Shown here: positions 52,797-64,000 of the stretch, in pieces
Numbering within the stretch: the first letter of the stretch is position 1
Layout of the letters: every line of letters starts with the position of its first letter
NCBI GenBank assembly: GCA_030390025.1
Contig: CM059425.1
Location: forward strand, 172,300,001 to 172,364,000
From: Squalus acanthias
Lineage: Eukaryota
Length of the DNA: 64,000 bases
Direction of reading: 5' to 3'
Position numbers and translations under genes: made by a program
The notes under the pieces: generated by a model
Databases searched by the model: none
The model's input: only the letters and a program-made list of their open reading frames with translations
Told to the model about the DNA's origin: nothing

Positions 52797-55700
52797 ATTT
52801 TAATTGTAGTGTAATTAGTGGTATTGATTTGATTTAATTTAATTTGAATTAATTAAAGGGTAAGTCATGGCAGCACAGCTCGGCCCCATGGCATGCTCCT
52901 CCTGCACTATGTGGGAAATCAGGGACACTTCCTGTGTCCCTGACGACCATGTGTGCGGGAAGTGTATGCAGCTGCACCGACTGACAGACCACATTGCGGC
53001 ACTGGAGCTGCGAATAGATACATACTGGAGCATTCGCGATGCAGAGGACATCGTGGATAGCACGTTTAGGGAGTTGGTCACACCGCAGGTAAAGGGTGCA
53101 CAGGCAGGAAGGGAATGGGTGACCACCAGGCAGAGTAGTAGGTGCAGGCAGGTAGTGCAGGGGTCCCCTGTGGCCATCCCCCTTTCAAACTTTGGATATT
53201 GTTGAGGGAGATGGCTTATCGGGGGAAGGCAGCAGCAGCCAACTTCCTGGCACCATGGGTGGTCCTGCTGCACAGGACGGGAGGAAAAAGAGCGGGAGAG
53301 CTATAGTGATAGGGATTCTATTGTAAGGGGAATAGATAGGCGTTTCTGCGGCCGCAAACGAGACTCCAGGATGGTGTGTTGCCTCCCTGGTGCAAGGGTC
53401 AAAGATGTCTCGGAGCAGCTGCAGGGCATTCTGGAGCGGGAGGGTGAACGGCCAGTTGTCGTGGTGCATATAGGTATCAACGATATAGGTAAAAAACGGG
53501 ATGAGGTCCTAAAAGCTGAATATGGGGAGTTAGGAGGTAAATTAAAAAAATAGGACCTCAAAGGTAGTAATCTCAGGATTGCTACCAGTGCCACGTGCTA
53601 GTCAGAGTAGAAATAGAAGGATATTTCAGATGAATACGTGGCTAGAGGAATGGTGCAAGGGGGAGGGATTCAAATTCCTGGGACATTGGAACCGGTTCTG
53701 GGGGAGGTGGGACCAGTACAAACTGGACGGTTTGCACCTGGGCGGGACCAGAACCGATGTCCTAGGGGAGTGTTTGCTAGTGCTGTTGGGGAGGGTTTAA
53801 ACTAAAATGGCAGGGGGTTGAGAACCTGTGCAGGGAGACAGAGGAAAGGGAAGCAAGGATAGAAACAAAAGACAGGAAGGAGAAAAGCAATAGTGGAAGG
53901 CAGAGAAATCAAGTGTGTAAATCAAACAGGGCCACAGTAAATAATAATTCTAAAAGGACGAAGAGTGTTAAAAAATATAGCCTGAAGGCTTTGTGTCTTA
54001 ATGCGAGGAGCATTCGTAATAAGGTGGATGAATTAGCTGCGCAAATAGATGTAAACGGATATGATATAATTGGGATTACGGAGACATAGCTCCAGGGTGA
54101 CCAAGACTGGGAATTCAACATCCAGGGGTATTCAATATTCAGGAAGGACAGGAAAAAAGGAAAAGGAGGTAGGGTAGCATTGCTGGTTAAAGAGGAGATT
54201 AACACAATAGTAAGGAAGGATATTAGCTCTGATGATGTGGAATCTGTATGGGCAGAGCTGAGAAATACCATGGGGCAGAAAACGTTAGTGGGAGTTGTAT
54301 ACAGACCCCCGAACAGTAATGCTGAGGTTGGGGATGGCATTAAACAGGAAATTAGAGACGCGTGCAATAAGGGCACAGCAGTTATCATGGGTGACTTTAA
54401 TCTACATATAGAATGGGCTAACCAAATTAGTAACAATACTGTGGAGGAGGAATTCCTGGAGTGTATACGGGATGGTTTCCTGGAACAATATGTTGAGGAA
54501 CCAACTAGAGATCAGGCCATCTTAGACTGGGTATTATGTAATGAGAAAAGATTAATTAGCAATCTTGTTGTGCGAGGCCCCTTGGGGAGGAGCGATCATA
54601 ATATGATAGAATTCTTCATTAAGATGGAGAGTGAAGTCGTTGACTCAGAGACTAGGGTCCTGAATTTAAATAAAAGAAACTACGATGGTATGAGGCACGA
54701 GTTGGCTAGGATGGATTGGGGAACGTTACTTAAAGGGTTGATGGTGGATAGGCAATGGCAAACATTTAAAGATCGCATGGATGAACTACAGAATTTGTTC
54801 GTCCCTGTTTGGCATAAAAATAAAACAAAAAAGGTGACTCAACCGTGGCTAACGAGGGAAATTAGGGATAGCATAAGATCCAAGGAGAGGACATATAATT
54901 GGGCCAGAAAAAGCAGCAAACCTGAAGATTGGGAGCAGTTTAGGATTCAGCAAAGGAGGACAAAGGGATTCATTAAGAGAGGGAAAATAGATTATGAGAG
55001 TAAGCTTGCAGGGAACATAAAAACTGACTGTAAAAGCTTCTATAGATATGTGAAGAGAAAAAGATTGGTGAAGTCAAGCGTCGGTCCCTTGCAGTCAGAA
55101 TCAGGGGAATTTATAATGGGGAACAAAGAAATGGCAGACAAATTAAATACATACTTTGGTTCTGTCTTCACAAAGGAGGACACAAATAACCTCCCAGAGA
55201 TGTCGGGGAACATAGGGTCTAATGAGAGGGAGGAATTGAATGAAATCAGTATTTGTAGAGAAATGGTGTTAGGGAAATTGATGGGATTGAAGGCCGATAA
55301 ATCCCCAGGGCCTGATAATCTACATCCTAGGGTACTTAAGGAAGTGGCCCTAGAAATAGTAGATGCATTGCTGGTCATCTTCCAAAATTCTATCGACTCT
55401 GGAACAGTTCCCATGGATTGGAGGATAGCTAATGTAACCCCACTATTTAAAAAAGGTGGTCGAGAGAAAACGGGGAATTATGGACCGGTAAGCCTGACAT
55501 CGGTAGTGGGGAAAATGCTAGAGTCCATTCTAAAAGATGTAATAGCAGAGCACTTGGAAAACAGTGACAGGATCAGACAAAGTCAACATGGATTTACAAA
55601 AGGTAAATCGTGCTTGACTAATCTATTGGAATTTTTTGAGGATGTAACTGGTAGAATAGATAAGGGAGAACCAGTGGATGTGGTGTCTTTGGACTTTCAG

Positions 55701-56880
55701 AAGGCTTTCGATAAGGTCCCACGTAAGAGATTAGCGTGCAAAGTTAAAGCACATGGGATTGGGGGTAAGGTACTGTCTTGGATAGAGAACTGGTTGGCAG
55801 ACAGGAAGCAAAGAGTTGGAATAAATGGGTCTTTTTCCAAGTGGCAGGCAGTGACTAGTGGGGTACCGCAGGGATCGGTGCTAGGACCCCAGCTATTCAC
55901 AATATATATATTAATGATCTAGACGAGGGAACTAGATGTAATATCTCTAAGTTTGCAGACGACACAAAGCTGGGTGGGCGTGTGTGCTGTGAGGAGGATG
56001 CAGGGAAACTCCAGTATGATTTGGACAGGTTGGGTGATTGGGCAGATGCATGGCAAATGCAGTATAATGTGGATAAATGCGAGGTTATCCACTTTGGTGG
56101 CAAAAACAGGAAGGCAGATTATTATCTGAATGGCAATAAATTGGGAGAAGGGGAAGTGCAATGAGACCTGGGTGTCCTTGTGCACCAGTTGCTGAAGGTA
56201 AGCATGCAGGTGCAGCAGGTGGTTAAGAAGGCAAATGGTATGTTGGCCTTCATAGCGAGAGGATTCGAGTACAGGAGCAAGGATGTCTTGCTGCAGTTGT
56301 ACAGGGCCTTGGAGAGACCACACCTTGAGTATTGTGTGCAGTTTTGGTCGCCTTATCTGAGGAAGGATGTTCTTGCCATGGAAGGAGTGCAGCGAAGATT
56401 CACCAGACTGATACCTGGGATGGCAGGAATGACGTATGAGGAGAGATTGGGTCAATTAGGCTTATACTCGCTGGAGTTTAGAAGAATGAGAGGGGATCTC
56501 ATTGAAACTTATAAAATTCTAACAGGACTAGACAGACTAGATGCAGGAAGGATGTTCCTGATGGCGGGGGAGTCCAGAACCAGGGGTCACAGTCTAAGGA
56601 TAAGGGGTAAGCCATTTAGGACAGAGATGAGGAGGAATTTCTTCACCCAGAGAGTGGTGAATCTGTGGAATTCTCTACCACACAAGGCAGTAAGGGCCAA
56701 TTCATTAAATATATTCAAGAAGGAGTTAGATATATTTCTTAAGGCTAAAGGGATCAAGGGATATGGGGAGAAAGCAGGGACAGGGTACTGAGTTTGGATG
56801 ATCAGCCATGATCTCATTAAATGGCGGAACAGGCTCGAGGGGCCGAATGGCCTACTCCTGCTCCTATCTTCTATGTTTCT
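52797..56880 (+). mobile_element. Near-full-length CR1 LINE (ORF1 zinc finger/leucine zipper and SGNH esterase; ORF2 APE-RT) with few lesions
   Basis: ORF1 from 52867 (CSSC...HVCGKC, GDS, CCLPGARV, VHIGIND); ORF2 has a TAG at 54087, a frameshift near 55910 and a TGA at 56162; tail ttctatgtttct. Confidence 0.95.
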
Positions 56881-57059
56881 GTGGTGTTGGGTGATGCCCA
56901 AGTAAAGAGGTGAACATCATGTTTAAGAAGTTAATTATTTAGGATGATAGTGAGTACACGAGAGGCACTAGAATTGTGCATGTGAAAGACGGAGGACATA
57001 ATCTTTGTGGTACTTGGTTGAAGATGTCATTTCAGACAGTACTCCGCCATAAGTTTCTT

Positions 57060-60000
57060 ATCTAGACTCATGTCCAAATTCCTGCCCGCTCCCCGTAACC
57101 CTTAATGCCCTTTACTTCTAGGAAACTGTCTATTTCTGTTTTAAATTTAATTAATGTTGTAGCTTCTACAGCTTTTTGTGGCAGCATATTCCATGGACCT
57201 ACCACCCTCTGAGTGAAGTAGTTCCTCCTCATCTCAGTTTTGAAAGAGCAGCCCCTTATTCTAAGACTATGTCCCCTAGTTCTCGTCTCACCCGTCATCG
57301 GGAACATCCTCCCCGCATCCACCCGATCCAACCCCTTCACAATCTTATATGTTTCAATAAGATCGCCTCTCATTCTTCTGAACTCCAATGAGTAGAGTCC
57401 CAATCTACCCAACCTCTCCTCATATGACCACCCCCTCATCTCCGGGATTAACCGAGTGAACCTTTTTTGCACTGCCTCGAGAGCAAGGATGTCTTTCCTT
57501 AAGTAAGGACACCAAAACTGTATGCAGTATTCCAGGTGCGGTCTCACCAATACCTTGTACAACTGAAGCAATACCTCCCTATTTTTATATTCTATCCCCC
57601 TAGCAATGAAAGCCAACATTCCATTTGCCTTCTTAATCACTTGCTGCACCTGCATACTAACCTTTTGAGTTTCGTGCACCAGGACCCCCAGATCCCTTTG
57701 CACTTCAGTACTCTCCAGTTTCTTGCCATTAAGATAATAAATTGCTCTAGGATTTTTCCTGCCAAAGTGCATCACCTCACACTTTCCAGTGCTGTATTCC
57801 ATCTGCCAAATCTCTGCCCACTTACTTAGCCTGTCTATGTCCCCTTGCAGGTTTTTTATGTCCTCCTCACTCACTACTTTCCCTCCCATCTTTGTATCAT
57901 CTGCAAATTTTGATATGTTACACTTGGTCCCTTCCTCCAAATCGTTAATATAGATTGTGAAGAGTTGGGGACCCAGCACTGACCCCTGTGGAACACCACT
58001 AGTTACTGATTGCCAGTCTGAGAATGAACCATTTATCCCAACTCTTTGCTTTCTGTTAGATAGCCAATCCTCTATCCATGCCAGAATATTACCCCCAATC
58101 CCGTGATTTTTTACCTTAAGCAATAATCTTTTGTGTGGCACCTTGTCAAATGCCTTTTGGAAGTCTAAATACACTACGTCCACTGGTTCCCCTTTATCCA
58201 CTCTATATGTTACTTCCTCAAAGAACTCCAGCAAATTTGTCAAACATGACTTCCCCTTCGTAAAACCATGCTGACTTTGTCCTATTAAATTATGATTATC
58301 CAAATGTCTTGTTACTGTTTCCTTAATAATGGACTCTAAAATTTTACCTACCACAGATGTTAGGCTAACCGGTCTATAGTTACCAGCCTTCTGTCTACTG
58401 CCCTTTTTAAATAAGGGTGTTACATTAGCAGTTTTCCAGTCTGCCGGGACCTTAGCGGAATCCAGGGAGTTTTGAAAAATTATTACCAATGCATCTACAA
58501 TCCCTACCGCCACTTCCTTCAAGACTCTAGGATGTAAGCCATCAGGTCCAGGTGATTTATCCGCCTTGAGTCCCATTATTTTACCGAGTACCACTTCCTT
58601 AGTGATTTTGATCGTGTTTAGCTCCTCTCCCCCTATAGCCCCCTGTTTGTCCAGTGTTGGGATATTCTTAGTGTCCTCTACTGTAAAGACTGATACAAAA
58701 TATTCATTCAGTGTTTTTGCCATCTCCATATTTCCCACCATTAATTTCCCGGTCTCATCCTCTAAGGGACCAACATTTACTTTAGCCACCCTTTTTCTTT
58801 TTATATAACTATAAAAACTCTTACTATCTGTTTTTATATTTTTTGCTAATTTACTTTCATAATCTATCTTCCCTTTCTTAATCAATCTTTTTGTTATTTT
58901 TTGCTGCCTTTTAAAGTTTTCCCAATCCTCTGTCCTCCCACTAGATTTCGCTACCTTATATGCCCTTGTTTTTAGTCGAATACTATCCTTAATTTCTTTA
59001 CTTAGCCACGGATGACTGTCCTTTCTTTTACACCCTTTTCTTTTCAGTGGAATATATTTTTTTTGGAAGTTGTAAAATAACTCCTTGAATGTACACCACT
59101 GATCATGTGTCGTCTTACCCTTTAATCTATTTTCCCAATCCACTCTACTCAATTCCTCTCGCATACCTTCATAGTCTCCTTTATTCAAGCTTAGCACGCT
59201 TGTTTGAGATCCAACCTTCTCACCCTCTAATTGAATATGGAATTCAACCATGTTATGGTCACTCATTCCAAGGGGATCCTTTACTAGGACATTTTTAATT
59301 AATCCTGTCTCGTTACACAGGACCAGATCTAAGGTTGCTTGCCCCCTGGTCGGTTCAGTTACATACTGCTCAAGAAACCCATCCCTAATACACTCAATGA
59401 ACTCATCCTCAAGGCAGCCCTGCCCCATTTGATTTGTCCAATTAATATGATAGTTAAAATCCCCCATAATTATAGATGTTCCCTTATTACATGCCTCAAC
59501 TATTTCCTGATTGATACTCCGTCCAATAGAGTTGCAACTGTTCGGAGGCCTATAGACTACGCCCACTAATGTTTTTTTCCCCTTATTATTCCTTATCTCC
59601 ACCCAAACTGTTTCATTATCATGATTTTTTGACCCAATATCATTACTCTGTATTACAGTGATTCCTTCCTTTATTAACATAGCCACCCCACCTCCCCTTC
59701 CTTCCTGCCTGTCCTTCCTGATCGTTAAATAACCTGGTATGTTTAATTCCCAGGCATTGTCACCCTGCAGCCATGTTTCTGTAATGGCCACAATATCATA
59801 ACCATATGTAGTTATTTGTGCCATTAACTCGTCTATTTTGTTACGAATGCTACGTGCATTCAGATAGAGAACTTTCAAATATGCTTTGTGGCACTTAGTT
59901 CCTGCTTTTTCACTTTTTACCAGTTTACCTTTTACTCCACACACTCTGTCCCTTCCTGCCACGCTCTGATTTGTGATTCCCCTACTGCTACCTATGTCTA

Positions 60001-60061
60001 TGACCCTCTCTGTTGTCATTTTTATTTTTTGCTCTCTTGAAACCTCCCCCCCACTAATTAG
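57060..60061 (-). mobile_element. CR1 insertion lacking ORF1 and almost all of its 3' UTR
   Basis: 5' edge ctaattagtggggggg resembles the ORF1/ORF2 junction seen at 53802; only about 8 nt (gtctagat) follow the stop before Vingi sequence resumes. Confidence 0.85.
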
Positions 60062-60067
60062 GTCCAT
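57068..60067 (-). CDS. Uninterrupted CR1 ORF2: APE endonuclease and reverse transcriptase
   Basis: Open frame of 1011 codons (57068-60103) with [52 protein letters not shown]; first ATG at 60067, element-internal ATG at 60019. Confidence 0.93.
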   Translation of the reverse strand: MDLISGGEVSREQKIKMTTERVIDIGSSRGITNQSVAGRDRVCGVKGKLVKSEKAGTKCHKAYLKVLYLNARSIRNKIDELMAQITTYGYDIVAITETWLQGDNAWELNIPGYLTIRKDRQEGRGGGVAMLIKEGITVIQSNDIGSKNHDNETVWVEIRNNKGKKTLVGVVYRPPNSCNSIGRSINQEIVEACNKGTSIIMGDFNYHINWTNQMGQGCLEDEFIECIRDGFLEQYVTEPTRGQATLDLVLCNETGLIKNVLVKDPLGMSDHNMVEFHIQLEGEKVGSQTSVLSLNKGDYEGMREELSRVDWENRLKGKTTHDQWCTFKELFYNFQKKYIPLKRKGCKRKDSHPWLSKEIKDSIRLKTRAYKVAKSSGRTEDWENFKRQQKITKRLIKKGKIDYESKLAKNIKTDSKSFYSYIKRKRVAKVNVGPLEDETGKLMVGNMEMAKTLNEYFVSVFTVEDTKNIPTLDKQGAIGGEELNTIKITKEVVLGKIMGLKADKSPGPDGLHPRVLKEVAVGIVDALVIIFQNSLDSAKVPADWKTANVTPLFKKGSRQKAGNYRPVSLTSVVGKILESIIKETVTRHLDNHNLIGQSQHGFTKGKSCLTNLLEFFEEVTYRVDKGEPVDVVYLDFQKAFDKVPHKRLLLKVKNHGIGGNILAWIEDWLSNRKQRVGINGSFSDWQSVTSGVPQGSVLGPQLFTIYINDLEEGTKCNISKFADDTKMGGKVVSEEDIKNLQGDIDRLSKWAEIWQMEYSTGKCEVMHFGRKNPRAIYYLNGKKLESTEVQRDLGVLVHETQKVSMQVQQVIKKANGMLAFIARGIEYKNREVLLQLYKVLVRPHLEYCIQFWCPYLRKDILALEAVQKRFTRLIPEMRGWSYEERLGRLGLYSLEFRRMRGDLIETYKIVKGLDRVDAGRMFPMTGETRTRGHSLRIRGCSFKTEMRRNYFTQRVVGPWNMLPQKAVEATTLIKFKTEIDSFLEVKGIKGYGERAGIWT

Positions 60068-60954
60068 AATTGGAAAAGTCACTAGCTTGAGTGGTAATGG
60101 CACTATCCTTTGCAGAGATAAATTTCTGCCCTCTGGTCACACGCAGATTATTTCTGTGCAGATTAAAATGAGTGGAGCTAGAACTGATATCTGAGGGAGG
60201 CCATTTTTTGGTATCTCCACAAGCTGGTGCGGTCAGCCATGTGTACTCTGAATCATTGGCCCCGTAGCAGGAATTCAATCAAGGTGGCCCAATTCGGCAG
60301 GACTCTCAATATTTTCGCAAGAAGTTTGCTAAATAGTGTCATATTGCTGTGAAATCAATGAAGATAACACCAGTCTTACGGTTTTTCTGAGAGCCATTTT
60401 TTTCAGTGATGGTGGTTAGGACAAGTCACGTGCTGCGGCAATGGCAGAAACCAGCTTGGGGTGGACTCAACGCAGCATCGACTATTGGAGATATATGTTA
60501 GAGCACCAATCACTTGGGCATCTTATAGCAAACACTCAGGAGGAAGATTGTTTTGCAGCCCGCTGGATGTTATTTATATGGACTTCCAGAAGGCATTCAA
60601 TACGGTGGTTGGGCTGAGCAAGGTCGTGTAATAACCTGTTTTGTATAATTAGGGGATTACTGTGTACTGAAGATGCATTGTTTTCATTCAAAGTCAATCA
60701 TTCTCTCATATTGTAATTTTTACCAAAACTCACCTTAATTGTTGATTACAGTCATGATGTAAAATGTTCTGATTTGCATTTTCAATACCAATAGAAACAT
60801 GCATTGTAATGCAGACTGCTGCCAGAACAGGCTTGTCAATGCAGATTGGAACTGCTGAAAATATGATGCTGACAGTTTGCTTTACTCTATATTTTTTGGT
60901 ACTCTTGATCGTCGCCAACCCAAAATCCCTCAGCTGAGAAAGTGGACAGTTGGG

Positions 60955-61900
60955 CAACAACAACTAGCATTTATATAGCACCATTAACCTCAAAAAAAGT
61001 CCCACGATATTTCATTGCCGAGAAATAAATAAGAGAATGGGCACCAAACTAGGAAGGGAGAGATTTGGAGCGGTGGCCAAAACCTTAGTTAAACAGATTG
61101 GTTTTGGGAAGCTTCTTAAAAATGGAGAGAGGCGCGAATTGGTTTAGGATGGGAGATCCACCAACAGGGCCAAGGTAGCTGAAAGCTCTGCCACCATTGG
61201 TGGGGCAGAGGGAGGGGAAATGAGCACATAGCTTGGGGTACAGGACTGGAAGAGATTGCAGAGATGTGGCTAATATAAGGCACAAAAAGACTTGAAGGTA
61301 AGGACATGGATTTTAACTTTAATTCGTTGAGACAAGAAACCAGTGTAGGTCAGCGAGAACATGGGCTTGTGGGACTCAGACAGGATACGGGCAGGTTATG
61401 GACAAGTTGAAGTTTATGGAAGGTGGAGAATGGGAGGTCCAGCAAGAGCAACAAGAGAGTAATCAAGACTAGAGATGACAGAGGTCTGTGCACAGGTTTC
61501 AGCAGCAGTAGGCCACAGGTGAGGGTGGAGGCAGGTGATATTGTGTAGCTGATAATGGGTGGTCCTGGTGAAGGAAAGAATGTGGTGTTTAAAACTCAAC
61601 TTAGTACTGATGTAAATGCTGAGCTGTGGCATGGTCTTGTTCAGATTGAGCGAGTAGCTAGGGAGTCAGTGGCAATGGAATTGATGTTTGCGGTGGGGGC
61701 TTTAATATTCCCAATGTTGAGCTGAAGGCAGTTGCAGCTCATCCATGACCTGATATTGGGCAAACAATCTGATTGCAAGGCGGTGCTCAAGGGGTTTAGA
61801 GAAGTGATGCAAGGGTAAACATGGGTGTTACCATCATACATATGGAAGCTGACTGGGTGATGATGGATGATGTCATAGAGGGGCAGCATATAAATATGCC
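60955..61900 (-). mobile_element. Decayed L2 LINE 3' fragment
   Basis: gctatataaatgctagttgttg tail; remnants SFHMYDGNTHVY, CLPNIRSWMSCNCLQLNIG, GGRAFSYLGP. Confidence 0.75.
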
Positions 61901-62146
61901 AGTACATTCACTGTAACTGTTTTCTAAATCAAGTTCCAATCTCAGAAGATAGATGTAATCACAAAGTCTATCGGAAGCCATTTGCTTACTGCATATCAGC
62001 ACAAACATAGCAATCTGGAACTTTCTTAAACTAAAGTTATAGGTGTCCAAATATGCCTTGCTAGGCAACAAGATGGACAACATTAACTGGGTCTACAATC
62101 ACATTCTTACATTTACATCTTTATTATTTACATTTAGAGTACTACT

Positions 62147-62612
62147 GTCAGCCATGGCTCAGTGGTTAGCACTCTTGCTTCTGAGTCAGAAGGTTGTTGG
62201 TTCAAGTCCCACTCCAGAGAATTGAACACAAAAATCCAAGCTGACACTCCAGTCCAGTGCTGAGGGAATGCTGTACTGTCGGAGGTGCCGTCTTTCGGAA
62301 GAGTTGTTAAACCGAGGCCACGTCTGCTCTCTCAGGTGGATGTAAAAGATTCCATGGCACTATTTCGAAGAAGAGCAGGGGAGTTATCCCCAGTATCCTG
62401 GCCAATATTTATCCCTTAATCAACATAACAAAAACAGATTATCTGGTCATTGTCACATTGCTGTTTGTGGGAGCTTACTGTGCACAATATTCTGCCACGT
62501 TTCCTATATTACAACAGTGGCTACACTTCAAAAGTACTTCATTGGCTGTGAAGCGCTTTGGGGTCGCCCTGAGGTCGTGTAAGGAGCTATATAAATGCAA
62601 GTCTTCTTCTTT
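62147..62612 (+). mobile_element. Deu-domain SINE, uninterrupted copy
   Basis: A box tggctcagtgg, B box ggttcaagtcc, core ggaggtgccgtctttcgga...ttaaaccgaggcc, L2-like tail gctatataaatgcaagt. Confidence 0.82.
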
Positions 62613-62720
62613 GTAAGGCTTCACATTAACTTTTCATTTTAATTTGCTATTGCTGATCATAGAGCAACATGTAAAGACAGGTGCGATAATCCAAGAAATA
62701 TCTTAATGCAGTTCATTTCC

Positions 62721-63075
62721 TTTTTTTTTATTCGATCATGGGCTGTGGGCATCGCTGGCAAGGCCAGCATTTATTGCCCATCCCTAATTGCACCTGAGAA
62801 GGTGGTGGTGAGCCGCCGCCTTGTACCGCTGCAGTCTGTATGGTGAAGGTACTCCCGTAGTGCTGTTAGGGAGGGAGTTCTGGGATTTTGACCCAGCGAC
62901 GATGAAGGAACGGCAATATATTTCCAAGTCAGGATGGTGTGTGACTTGGTAGCAACTTACAGGCGGTGGTGATCCCATGTGCCTGCTGCCCTTGTCCTTC
63001 TAGGTAGTAGAGGTTGTGGGTTAGGGAGATGCTGTTGAAAAAGCCTTGGCGAGTTGCTACAGTGCATTTCCACAT
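62721..63075 (-). mobile_element. MEYSPLAW-type LINE 3' fragment
   Basis: ORF 62784-62978 HPDLEIYCRSFIVAGSKS...AAAHHHLL; same tail as 44700-44788. Confidence 0.85.
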
Positions 63076-63604
63076 GGTCTGGTCATTCTGAGCATGAATA
63101 TTCAGTTGTTGCCTTATTGCAGTATGACAATCAGTAACCCAACTTGAGAAGCTGCACTACAAAAATAAATGAGGTAGCATTGCCATTGAGCAATTTTTCT
63201 GATCACAAGCTGTCTCTGTTCAATCTATCCATACAGCCCATAAAAGCACTTCACCAGTCACACGTTTTTGTTAAAGTTAAACTTGCAATATTGCTTTTTT
63301 CTTTTCCTCCCATATACTTCATTCTATTTCACAGACAAAGCAATATTTGGATAATGACACAGTCCATAATAGATCATGCTGTTACTGTCTTTTGATTTCT
63401 GCATTATTGTATAACATCGAGTGATTTTTCTCCAGTAAAATGCAGTCTTTAATTAACACTTCTGGCTGATTGGTTTCAAACTCATTTTCCATCAATTACG
63501 TTCCCTGCAGTGCATTAAAGCCCACATACATGAATACAAACCCATTCACACACACAAAAATTCTGTTTAACTTTAGTATCGTCACTTCTTCCCATTTGCC
63601 TGTT

Positions 63605-64000
63605 ACATGGGATTACACAGGATATACAGCACAGAAACAGGCCATTCGGCCCAACCAGTCCATGCCGGCGTTTATGCGCCACTCAAGACTCCTCCCGTCT
63701 TTCCTCATCTAACTCTATCATCATAACCCTCTATTCCCTTTTCCCACATATGTTGATCTAGCCTCCGCTTAAATGAATCTATACTATTTGCTTTAACCAC
63801 TCCCTGTGGTAGCGAGTTCCACATTCTCACCACTCTTTGGGTAAAGAAGTTTCTTCTGAATTCTCTATTTGATTTCTTAGTAACTATCTTCAATTGATGG
63901 CCTCTAGTTTTGCTCTTCCCGACAAGTAGAAACACTCTCTCTGTCTACTTTATCAAAACCTTTCATAATTTTATAGACCTCTATTAGGTCACCCCTCAGC
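63605..64000 (-). mobile_element. CR1 3' fragment running off the end of the window
   Basis: ORF 63705-63935 FFTQRVVRMWNSLPQ and 3' UTR. Confidence 0.85.

Larger units (their letters stand above)
52065..60570 (-). mobile_element. Old Vingi/Ingi-like LINE in three pieces (52065-52796, 56881-57062, 60062-60570), split by two CR1 insertions
   Basis: Colinear decayed RT: LLSVCYK, QAGF, GVIFIDFTA, NGLPQISVLAP, KFISAKD | MAEYCLK*HLQPSTTK...YLGIT | WGANASTLRSAAVALCYSVVEYCAPVW...CNIAPP; 3' end catacgctaaataa. Confidence 0.75.

Noticed and set aside
57040..57050. atggcggag (minus strand) as a remnant of the CR1 3' UTR
   Set aside because: It reads in frame as MAEY of the surrounding Vingi RT, so it belongs to the host element.
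57068..60103. RT ORF as a retron, group II intron, DGR or other prokaryotic system
   Set aside because: The N-terminal APE domain and CR1-type motifs, within a spliceosomal vertebrate intron, identify a non-LTR retrotransposon ORF2.

Overview
This is eukaryotic, vertebrate genomic DNA. The repeat content (V-SINE/HE1-like and Deu-domain SINEs, CR1/L2/Vingi LINEs, Penelope) suggests a cartilaginous fish, which is an inference. The only host gene I can support is FER tyrosine kinase on the + strand: four consecutive kinase-domain exons (1421-1477, 9785-9900, 17290-17384, 29668-29791) with GT-AG junctions splice in frame to [130 protein letters not shown](R). I did not find the next exon (DLAARN/DFG), so everything after 29791 appears to be one intron of more than 34 kb. 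The introns are densely filled with nested transposons. The most notable items are: (1) an uninterrupted ~1000-codon CR1 ORF2 clipped at both ends, sitting inside an old Vingi element that also hosts a second, oppositely oriented near-full-length CR1; (2) Penelope-derived minimal hammerhead ribozymes, one with an intact core in the FER sense orientation, plus a 5'-inverted Penelope insertion with a 15-bp TSD; (3) multi-layer nests, a SINE/LINE chimera and TIR elements. I found no prokaryotic-type system. Family names come from motif recognition, not database searches, and many repeat boundaries are approximate.
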